Below, piece after piece: positions 11,710 to 22,008 of a stretch of DNA of 64,000 bases. This DNA is from Marsupella aquatica. Taxonomy: Eukaryota; Plantae; Marchantiophyta. The position numbers and the translations under genes were made by a program. How positions within the stretch are numbered: position 1 is the first letter of the stretch; every line of letters begins with the position of its first letter. The stretch covers positions 22,787,867 to 22,851,866 of the forward strand of contig OZ316894.1 in NCBI GenBank assembly GCA_973895155.1. The letters run 5' to 3'. Under the pieces are notes generated by a model. It did not search any database, was not told where the DNA came from, and worked only from the letters and a program-made list of their open reading frames with translations.

Positions 11710-14700
11710 CGTCGAGATAGCAGTGAGGGGAAGAAGATTACTTGTGGCGGTTTCGACAATTTCTGGTGAAGTCATTGCAATTTCTTCGACGGACATCGGA
11801 GGGACGAGTTGAAATTATGAGTTTAATGTCACGTTATGTGTAAGTATACACATAAAGCTTCTATTGGAACCCAGCTTTTCCTTCCCAGGTGTGTCCGCGA
11901 TCCCTTCCGTTGAATGTTGCCTCCGTCGATTGCCGGCCGCAGCATGACCTACTTCCGACTGCCATTCGACTGCCGCGAAGTGGAGGCGACTTGCTGCTGA
12001 TCGACACATGCGAGGCCGTTTTTCGGTGTTTCCCAGCCAATTTCTCTCCTTTTTCCATTTTGTTCAGGCAGCTCCCGTCGCGAGCTGTTTCCCGGCCGCA
12101 ACCCCTTTTCTTTACTTGGCAACTACCGTCGCGAGCTACCTCCTAGTCCTGCCGTTGCCCTACCTGCAGCCTGAGTATACACATGCGGGGCTCATCAATG
12201 CCCAAAGCCGCGCATAGGGCCGCGCGCCCTCCCTTCACTCCTCCTTACTCACATAGGGGGGGTCCCATTTTTCTTTCGCCTCCCCCTCGCCTCGTTTTAG
12301 CCTCGACCTTCCGTTGCCAGCATTAAGAGAGGGGGGGGAGTACAGACTCCCTTCTCTTGGGAGTAGATTTTCGCACAAGGAGGGAGAGGGCACGAGGCCC
12401 TATGAAGCATTAAAAGCAGGGGGGAGGGGAAGTTGAGCACAACCTGTCAAGCCAGGGGGAAGCGAGTGCCAAGAGAGGGCTCGAGGCCCTAGGCAACATT
12501 AAAGCAAGGGGGAGGGGGAGTCGAAGCAGTAGCGCAAGGAGTGGGCACGAGGCCCTAAGCAACATTAAGGAGGGGTGGGGGAGTTAGTCGCTCCCTTCTC
12601 TTCGGGAGCACATCAGGAGCCAGGAGGGGGCGCGAAGCCCTATGCAGGGCCCGAGCCATTGATTGAATCACAGTGGTGTGTGCATAGGCTGTCTTAATTG
12701 GGGCCCCATTTCTTTTCTTTCGCTGCGCCCTCGCCTCACTTCCTCGCTTCGCCGCACCTTTTCCTCCTTAATTAAGTGCTCCGCGGCCTGTACGTACATA
12801 GGGTCTCGTCACTTTTCCAGTGTGCTTGATACTTCCCGGGTCCACATCGGGGCCCGATGTATACACTTAACCGAGCCCCATGTTTGTACATTTGCAAGGG
12901 CCCCATGTATACACTTAAGGGGGCCCAGGTTTACGTTTTTAAGGGCCCATTTTTTAGGATTTCTTTGCTGCCGCAACGTGTCATCTGCATAAAGCTGAGG
13001 GCCCGGCATATTCATCAGACAGACAATCCAGCAAGCATAACACCAATACAATTGGAGTTTTTAAGGGTTTTTTCTTCGCTGACGGTTTTTCTGTGTGTTT
13101 ACACGTTCGACACATTTCTGCCTCGCACCGTTTATTTCCTAGCCTTGGGGCTGCCATTTCTTTTTCTTGTCAGTTTCTTTCCCATTGGCACCCAGGTGAG
13201 CATGCAGCATGTCAGCCGACGAGCCAGGAGGTAGCAGCACATCGCCACCGACACCCAGGTACCATTTACGGAGTGATCCACGACCATTGGTGCCAATTTC
13301 ATTGGAGTCTTGGCAATTTGAACGACGTCCACAGATTGTAGCAGCACCCACACCACGCAATCCTTCTGCTCAATTTGGCGGTCGCTTCACTACTAACCCG
13401 AAGCCTGCTATCACTTCCTTGCCATTTACCCCTTCTGCATTAGTGGTTGTTCCAGCTTCACCGACATACAGCATGGATGCTAGCCACTCATCTGGCCGCA
13501 TTGAGCGCTTCAACGGGTGGCTAGGCACTATTTCTTTACGTGAGTTCAAATCCACTTTCTACACTGTCGTTTATGAATTGGAGTTGAAGTACGGCAGCAA
13601 TTTCACAAATGCTTTTGCATTTAAGCAGCTAGCCAGGTATGTGCACCACGAGGCTTTGGATGTGTATGAGCAGCACTCTCAACGGTTGCTTGCTATCACA
13701 CAATTGCCTAACCCTGCCTATGCGAGTGCAATTGCGGCTGCCTCACAATTGGCATTACAGAATGCCATTGCAGCCCATGCTGCTGCTCCTACCACTTCCC
13801 CTCCTACTCCAGTTCCTACCACTGCGCCAGTTACTCCCACTATCTTGGCACAGGCTACATCAGGCATTTCTCCCACCATTGATTCCCCTGCCTTTGCTGA
13901 TCCAGTGGCTGAGTTTTTCCAGGTTCTTGAATTGGAATTCCCCATCAAGAGTGCTGACAAAATCATGCAGTTGGCCACCTTTGTGAGGCAGCGCGATGAA
14001 ACATTGAAGATGATGTATCGCCGGCTTCTCAAGCTGAAGGAGGACACCCAGAGCATCACTGACCTGGAAGCTGCTCATCGCTATCTTTGCGCATTGGAGG
14101 GCACACTAGCTCTCCATTCGCAAGTGTTGCAACAAGTATTCTTAGAGTTTGGAGACAGCTACACCCTGCTCAATGTCTATGACACTGCTGAGAAACTTGA
14201 GTTGGCCTATGCACATTATGAGGCCAGTATTGCATGTCCACTGCGATCCAGGTACCAGGCTGCTGCCCCTACACTGGCCACCCCTTCCCGTGTGCCACAG
14301 TATGGTTCCAAGACCAAGCCAGCCCGTGCTGCTTTCATGCTGCCATCTTGAAACTACTGTGGTAACCCCAATCACAAGGCTAATGACTGTGATATTGTTG
14401 CTGAGGACCTGTCTTGTGATTTTGCGGGAAAGTGGGTCACTTGGAGGCAGTTTGTTTTGCCAAATTCCTAGAGAGGAAGCAGCTACGACAACAGGCCCCT
14501 CCTCCTACTCCTGCTTCCACTCCCCCACCAGCTAGGAGGGCTCCTACTGCATCAACTGCTCCTCCTTCCAGTGGCAAAGCATCCAGTGCCAACAAACCGC
14601 CCAAGCAGCAACAGAAGCCACCAGCTCAAAAGGAGGCTCACAACGCACAGACAACTCAACTCCAGTCTCTGATTCATGAGGTTGAGTCCCTACGTGCCCA

Positions 14701-16300
14701 ACTTGTCAACATCAAAGGCAAGTCAACTGCCTCTACTGGTCCTTCTCAACCGGCTGGTCACGTGCAACCCATCCCTGGCCCAGGCACCACAGACAGTTCA
14801 ACACCTCTACCCCGCTCTTTCTATGGCTTGCCATTTGATGCTCATATGGGTGAGTGTGTGTTGTCCTCTGCTCCACAGCCTGGCCTTACAGCAGAATTTT
14901 CAGATTCATTCTGCCCTTCCTATTTTGCTTACCAGCAGGCCAGTGCTGCTTCCCGTACTGCTCCCACCCGCCGCATTGTACAGGCTGATGGTCTTGCTGC
15001 TGGTCCTCTGACTAGAGCCAGGGGAGCTCGGGCTATCATGCCCCGATCCTTTCAGCCACTCACACTTGCTGAAGAGCGCACCTTGTTGGCGAGGGGGGAG
15101 GGAGCTGCAGCTACATCCATTCCACCACCAGGTGCTGCTGACATTTCACAGGGAGTTGTTTCTCCTGAGCTGCTTGAGCATTTCACCTCCGGTATGGCAC
15201 AAAGGATTCTTACAACTCCACTTTTCAGTTGCCATGATTTACAGCTGGATGCTAGAGCTATCCTCAGGGCGCTAGAGGGTGCACTACATTCTTCATCAGC
15301 CCCTGTGACACCGGTTTTGGAGATCCAATCTCATATACATACTGGACCTTCTTCTTCTCCTTTACATGTTTCCACTGGTTTGGCTGCCCCAGTACCGATT
15401 GCTGCTGAGTGTGTGACCAGAGCTACACTTGATTCTGGTCATGCTGCTCCATCTTTCCTGGCTATGTTGTTGAGTGGAAAGACCGTGGACACTAACTCCC
15501 TTCACAAGGTACCTCATCATTTGCCGAGAGTGGTGCCTAGTGACAGGACTTCAGTTTCCACCACCATTGCCATTGTTGACAATAGGAATTCAGTGGTCAA
15601 GTTGGAGGGTCACACTCCTCAGGTGGTCATGCTAGACACAAGTGCTCAACCAGTGATATTGGGCATTCAGTTTGCCAAGAAGATGGGACTGTTGACTGAT
15701 CATTTACAGCAATCCAAGTGGCACATTCGGACTGCTAATGGCACTGTGGAGGATGTGCTGGGTGAGAGTTCTACTTTACTCACTCTCACTTTTAATGGAG
15801 GTACAGATCAGGAACTGCATTTCCCAGTCAGATGTTTGGTTACCAATGCCACTACGTATGATGTGCTCATTGGCCAGGAGGCTTTGTTCCCACCAGGTTT
15901 TACCATTGACAACTGGCATGAGCATGCATACTACAGAGTTGATTGGCATACGGATGGCTCACACTTGGGATACATTCCACTTGATTTGCATGGTGCCCAT
16001 ACCCCTATGGCTCACCACTGTGTGTTGAAAGCAGTGCACACAGCTACCTATGTCAACCACCCATTGCAGGATTGGATTGAGGAGGATGATGATGAGGTGG
16101 CTACTGCACATGCTGTTGCACGTATAGCAGCACTTTCTAGCAACGTGGATCATCAACCAGAGGTGGTACAACGGCTCCAAGCAGCCCATGGACCTTTGGT
16201 GGCTGCATTGCACAAATTTGAGGACCTTGGGCAGCATAATGGACAACCAATAGCCCCAATCTTGAGCGCACCAGTTACATGGACTCCTCCTTTAGATGGC

Positions 16301-17260
16301 CTTACATTGCTTGAGCTTTTTGGTGGCATTTCTACAGGCCTGGAAGCTCTTCTAAAGTCTGGCATGGTGGTGAAGCAGTACATCTATGTGGATATTGATC
16401 CAAGTGCAAGGCAAGTGGCTGAATCCCGTCTGCTGGAATTTTCAGAGCGATTTCCTCAGCAGTTTCCACACAGTGCATGGAAGTCTGCATTTTCTTTCTT
16501 TCCTCCAAATATCCAGCTTGTCCAGCACCGGCACTTAACCCTTCTTGGCTCCCTTGATTTGATCATAGCTGGTTGGGAATGCCAAGGGTTTTCAGTTGCT
16601 GGTCACGGTGCTGGACTGCATGATTCTCGTTCTGGCCTTTTCACAACATTGGTTCAGATTCTCACCTGGGCTCAATCCCTTTATCCTGCTGTTGGTTATA
16701 TCATTGAGAATACTCCATCTCAGTTTGACCAGCATCCATAGGTCAAAGAGGATTTCAGTGTGGTCCAACACTACTTGGGACCACCCCTTCTCATTGATGC
16801 AGTGCACTGTGGTTCTTATGCACATCGTCTTCGTAACTTTTGGACTAACCTTGCACCACCTTCCTTGTTGGAGTTAGCTCTTCACCACACATCCAGGGAC
16901 ACTAACCTCACAGTGGACCAGATTTTGGATCCTGACAGTTCTTGCCAACTGGTTACACGGCAAGAGCTAGCACCTTGGTATCCAGCTAATACCATTGGAC
17001 AACCCCGTGCTGCTTGGCCTACATTTGTGTCCTTTCCAGGTGCACATGCTTTTCAGGGTGATGGTCCTGGCCTGGTTTATCGACATTCTACTGGTACATG
17101 GGATGAACCTAGTCCTGAGGAGAGAGAACGGGCTATGGGCTTCCAACCCGGTACTACAGGTCACACCAAAATCACCAGGCTGGCCAGGAATGCTTTACTT
17201 GGCAGGGTAATGGATCTTAATGCTCTCACTTGGCTTCTGGTCACTTGCATCCTTTTTCAG
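16301..17260 (+). other. DNMT3-like cytosine-C5 DNA methyltransferase domain inside Pol (one in-frame TAG at 16739)
   Basis: Motif I LELFGGISTG, II YVDID, IV AGWECQGFS (catalytic Cys kept, PC>EC), VI IIENT, VIII DAVHCGSYAHRLRNFWTNL, IX ERERAMGFQPGTT, X RLARNALLGRVMD. Motif order is canonical, not DRM-permuted. Confidence 0.9.
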
Positions 17261-20200
17261 ATGTACATTCATCCAGCATCAGGAGTTCCAGCCCTACCAC
17301 TCCATGGTGCTGCTACATGGCATCCAGACCAGGTGCACTTACCTCTGTTCAACACTCACCACTTCAGTCCAAGTGTTGGGGGGGAGGAGGTCCCTTGTAA
17401 TGTGGCTGACATTATTTCTGAGTTTCATGGTGTGGATCAGACCAGAGCAACAGATATAGCAGGCCTTGGAGAGGCCTCATCACCTTATCAGCAGCATGCT
17501 AGCAGCTTGGACAGTGGAGAGGCTGGCACTTCTGGCTCTTCAAGCACGAGTACATCAGGTCCTATTCCTAGTGTTGCCAACTACACATTCATCATGGGCA
17601 ACCACCTGAGTAAAATACAGAAGGACCAGCTGTTAAATTTGCTCCTCAAGCATGAGAATGTGTTTGCTTTCTCTATGAAGGACTTGGGTAAGTGCAAGAC
17701 TATGCAGTTCTCCATTGAGTTGGCTGATGAAACACCTATCTTCAGGCGGAGACACCGTTTGAGTAAGCATGAGTGGCAGCTGGTGGATGAGAGATGCCAA
17801 GAGCTCTATGAAGCTGGTCTTATTCAGCCCTCTACATCAGATTTTGCAGCAGCTACAGTGATGCCAGCAAAGAAGGATTCCAATGGATTGTGGACAGAGA
17901 AGCGCATGTGTGGGGACTACAGGCCATTGAACCTGGTACCACCCCAGGACAGGTACCCCATGCCACGGCCAGAGGAGCTATTTGACAGCATTGGAGACTC
18001 AGACATCTTCACTCTTGTGGATCTAAGGCAAGGCTTTAACCAGATTTTGCTGCTTGCAAAGGACCGCAAGAAAACAGCTTTCCATGGTAGTAACCAACTA
18101 TGGGAGTGGTTGGTGATGCCATTTGGCTTGAAGAATGCGCCCATATTCTTTCAAAGAGTCATGGACCAGGTTCTTCAAGGTGTTGAGTTTCTGAAATGCT
18201 ACATTGATGATGTGTTGGTCCACAGCAAAGGATTTGACCAGCATCTACTTGACCTTGAGGAGCTATTCATGAGGCTTAAGAAGGTGAACCTAAAGATACA
18301 CCCCAAGAAGTGTGAATTTGCTGTCAGATCAGTAGTATACCTTGGGCACCGCATTCTTCCAAATGGAACCATGGCTCACTGGGCCAAGGTGGTATCCATC
18401 TTGGAAATGCCCACTCCGACTGATGTTCACACTCTTAGGAGCTTTATTGGGTTGTGCAATTACTACCGGATCTACATCAAAGATTTTAGTACCATTGCAC
18501 ATCCATTGTACTCTTTGTTGAAAAAGAATGTGACTTGGACATGGAGTACAGATGCCGAGGCAGCATTTGCCACTTTGAAGGAGAAGCTCTCAGAATACCC
18601 GGTGCTGAGAAGACCTGATTTCAGCAAGGTCTTTGTGCTACACACAGATTGGAGTGCCCTTGGGATTGGTGCCATTCTGGGCCAGCATGATGAGGAAGGT
18701 AAAGAGTACGTCATTGCCTATGCATCCAGGAGCAACAATCAGGCAGAAAGTCATTATTCTTCTTATGAGGGTGAATGCCTTGCTGTTGTGTGGGCTGTCA
18801 TACATTACAGGCCCTACCTCTATGGGACCAGGTTTACTCTCTACACCAACCACCAGCCCTTGAAGTGGTTGATGACTAACGACAAGCTTACTGGCAAGCT
18901 TGCTCGTTGGGCACTCATCCTCCCGGAGTATGACTTTGAGGTAATTCATAGGCCTGGTTTGACACATCAGAATGCTGACACTATGTCCCACAGCCCTTTG
19001 ATTACCTCTGATGATTCCTCAGATGCACGGCAAGATTTTGACCAGGTTTCCATCATGCCTACATTTCATGCATCGACCTATCTTGCTTTGCTGCCATGCT
19101 ATGTTGTTGACCAACTGTGGTGGACATATGGGAGGACAACGACACTCTGAGATTTCTGTAGCATGGGGAGTACCGCACACATGTTACTACTGCCCAGAGA
19201 GACCAAATTCAGCAAAGGTCCAAACGCTACTTGTGGAAGGGAGATCATCTCGTGCGCTGCTTGCCAGACAGGGAAGTGGTGGTTCCACCCATTCATGAGA
19301 GGGTTGGCCTTATTCGTAAGGTACATTCTGAGCTTGGTCATTTTGGCGTTAAGAGGACTTACAGCCTCTTGGTCCCTCATTATCATTGGAGAGGCATGCA
19401 TGGCCAGGTTCGAGATGTTATTGCCCGGTGTGAGCAGTGTGATAGGGTAAGGACTTCTTTCACGTCTCGGCAACCCACACTTCACCCACTCCCTATTCAG
19501 GGCATGTTTTATCGTTGGTCATGTGATTTGGCTGGAGAATTACCCCTCACATCTCGGGGTAATCTCTACATCATGATCATGATAGAGCATTTCTCCAAGT
19601 GGATAGAACTTGTGGCATTGCCGGATAAGACCTCCCGTAGCACCAGCCAGGCATTCCTACAACAAGTTCTCAGCCGCTTTGGAGCTTGTGCAGAATATCT
19701 CACTGACCAGGGCTCAGAGTTTAGAGGAGAGTTCCAGGAGCTGCTTGATCAGGCCCTCATTGATCATCGCCGGACATCACGAGATCACCCACAGGCAGAT
19801 GGCTTGGCAGAGCGCATGGTTCAGACATGCAAGAAGGGCCTCCGGAAGATCTGCCTCACCAAAAACAAGGAGGATTGGGACCTGGCCTTACCCTACATTG
19901 CCATGGGGTATAGGATGTCCAGACATGCATCACTGTCTAACTTTTCTCCCTACTTCTTGTTGTTTGGTCGTCACCCAGTTCCACCTTCTGCTATTGCTGC
20001 TCACATGCTTCAGGTGGTGGACTTGGATTCAGCTGTGACTTGGTCTGATGTGATCTCTTAGAGGGCTGCCCTATTCAGGAGGGTTATGCCCATGGCCATG
20101 GAGAATTTGGCCATTGCACAACACAGGGACACACTGCGTTATGCACACACACGAGGGGGCACTTTTCAGCCCAAGGTCAGGAAGTTTGATGTGGGAGATT

Positions 20201-20418
20201 TTGTGTACTTGCAGCGGCAAGCTAACGACACCCTGGACACCTCTACCAGTCGTACTATTCTCAGGGTTAAAGCTATTCGACCGTCTGGAGTGCTAGAGTT
20301 ACAAGGGGCAGATGGGCGCACAATTGCTGACAATGCCAAGAATTGCGCCCCTTGTCATCTGCCTAACCTAGATCCCACCATTGTGACTTCTACTTGGATT
20401 CCACCTGTGGACTACCCT

Positions 20419-20556
20419 TGCAAGGTGTGTTTGCGAATTGATGATGCTGACCAGATGCTGCTGTGTGACAATTGCAATGGAGGGTACCATCTTTTCTGCC
20501 TTCGGCCTGAACTTACCCAGGTGCCAGAAGGGTTATGGTTTTGCCCTTCTTGTGCT
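20419..20556 (+). other. PHD finger (C4HC3) at the integrase C-terminus
   Basis: CKVCLRIDDADQMLLCDNCNGGYHLFCLRPELTQVPEGLWFCPSC, in frame with the integrase across a single TAG at 20059. Confidence 0.93.
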
Positions 20557-20603
20557 CCACGTGCTACCTGAATTTTCTTCAGCCCTCCTTTTGGCTGTGG
20601 TCT

Positions 20604-20610
20604 GGGGGGG
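20604..20610 (+). promoter_or_regulatory. Polypurine tract (G7) directly before repeat B1
   Basis: tctGGGGGGG|atacagagg; repeat B1 starts at 20611. Confidence 0.6.
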
Positions 20611-21291
20611 ATACAGAGGTTTACACCTCCACTACGTACATACCACTTCATTTGTTTTTTCTTGGCACTTGTGAATGTGATTGGACTTTTTCTATGCATG
20701 TTGGTTGCTAGCAGCTTGCACATATGCCTTGCCGGTGACTTGTATGTTTTCGATACACTATGGCTACGATACTATATGTCACGACAGCTGTCATGTCCCT
20801 CGCCTGCCCGCTAGGTATGTAGTTAGGGCTAGTGTACTACCTGAGTTAGCGACATGTTCTTGTAGCAAGTCTGGGCCGTTCTTGAAGCAAATGTGCTTGT
20901 TAGTGTGACGCCAGGACTTTGCTTGCTTAGGGCATGTCTTTCTTTGTGGGTTTTCAGTTCTTCTTGAATCGCTGTGAGACAGAGTTTTTCAGAGGCTGCT
21001 CGTCGGTTCCGTACACGGAATTCACACAGTGATTCGTTAGATGCTCCCGGCCGATCTTGGCATCTCGCCGGTTTTCGATTCGATTTCAGTACGTTTGTTT
21101 CTATCACACCTTTTATATACAGAGGTTTACACCTCCACTACTACATACCACTTCATTTGCTTTTTCTTGGCACTTGTGAATGTGATTGGACTTTTTCTAT
21201 GCATGTTGGTTGCTAGCAGCTTGCACATATGCCTTGTCGGTGACTTGTATGTTTTCGATACACTATGGCTACGATACTATATGTCACGACA
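20611..21291 (+). repeat. B1 (20611-20786) - gc - A2 (20789-21116) - B2 (21117-21291)
   Basis: B1 and B2 differ by one 1-bp indel and 2 substitutions, and both end in ATGTCACGACA. The B1/A2 junction reads CACGACA-GC-TGTCATG. Confidence 0.95.
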
Positions 21292-22008
21292 GCATGTACT
21301 TCACAGTCACAAGGGGGCACCATGGTCAGTTACTAACACTCGCATGTACTTCACAGTCACAAGGGGGAACCATGGCCAGTTATTAATACTCGCCTGTACT
21401 TCACAGTCAAAAGGGGGAACCATGGTCAGTTATTAACACTCCCCTGTACTTCACAGTCACAAGGGGGAACCATGGTCAGTTATTAACACTCGCATGTACT
21501 TCACAGTCAAAAGCGGGAACCATGGTCAGTTATTAACACTCGCCTCTACTTCACAGTCAAAAGGGGGAACCATGGTCAGTTATTAACACTCGCCTCTACT
21601 TCACAGTCAAAAGGGGGAACCATGGTCAGTTATTAACACTCACCTGTACTACACAGTCACAAGGGGGGACCCTGGTCAGTTATTAACACTCAACTGTACT
21701 TCACAGTCAAAATGGGGAACCATGGTCAGTTATTAACACTCGCCTGTACTTCACAGTCACAAGGGGGAACCATGGTCAGTTATTAACACTCGCATGTACT
21801 TCACAGTCAAAAGTGGGAACCATGGTCAGTTATTAACACTCGCCTGTACCTCACAGTCACAAGGGGGAACCATGGTCAGTTATTAACACTCACATGTACT
21901 TCACAGTCACAAGGGGGAACCATGGTCAGTTACTTCACAGTCAAATGGGGGAACCATGGTCAGTTATTAACACTTGCCTGTACTTCACAGTCAAAGGGGG
22001 AACCATGG
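21292..22008. repeat. 50-bp minisatellite, right part (~15 units)
   Basis: Same unit as 11095-11335, with one truncated unit near 21930. Confidence 0.95.

Larger units (their letters stand above)
13209..20571 (+). pseudogene. Disrupted gag-pol polyprotein: Gag (2 CCHC knuckles), aspartic protease, C5-MTase, RT, RNase H, integrase, PHD
   Basis: Knuckles (C>*)NYCGNPNHKANDC and CDF/CGKVGHLEAVC (frameshift ~14420); protease MLDTSAQ ~15630; RT RMCGDYRPLN and YIDD at 18200; RNase H LHTDWS...YEGECLA; IN H-H-C-C, WSCDL, LTDQGSEF, GLAER. Stops at 14349, 16739, 19159 and 20059; second frameshift ~19110. Confidence 0.9.
11336..21291 (+). mobile_element. Ty3/gypsy-like retroelement with split direct repeats (A1-ORFs-B1-A2-B2) encoding a DNMT3-like methyltransferase and a PHD-tailed DDE integrase
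   Basis: TSD GCAT at 11332-11335 and 21292-21295, which restores the satellite unit. Termini are TATCATG (TGTCATG in the internal copy) and CACGACA. PR-RT-RH-IN domain order is gypsy type. Confidence 0.92.

Noticed and set aside
11698-11716. Resemblance to the nptII 3' end (TCAGAAGAACTCGTCAAG)
   Set aside because: The match is short and imperfect, and is explained by the self-priming complement; there is no other vector sequence.
16301-17260. Host DRM/DNMT3 gene or bacterial restriction-modification contamination
   Set aside because: The domain is intronless, in frame within Pol, and inside the TSD-bounded element.
11336-21291. DIRS/Ngaro tyrosine-recombinase element
   Set aside because: No recombinase ORF is seen. 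It has a protease, an HHCC-DDE integrase and a TSD, and its MTase is C5-type rather than the adenine-type MTase of DIRS.
11095-22008. 50-bp periodic array as a CRISPR array
   Set aside because: Units are head-to-tail with no unique spacers, there are no cas genes, and the context is eukaryotic.
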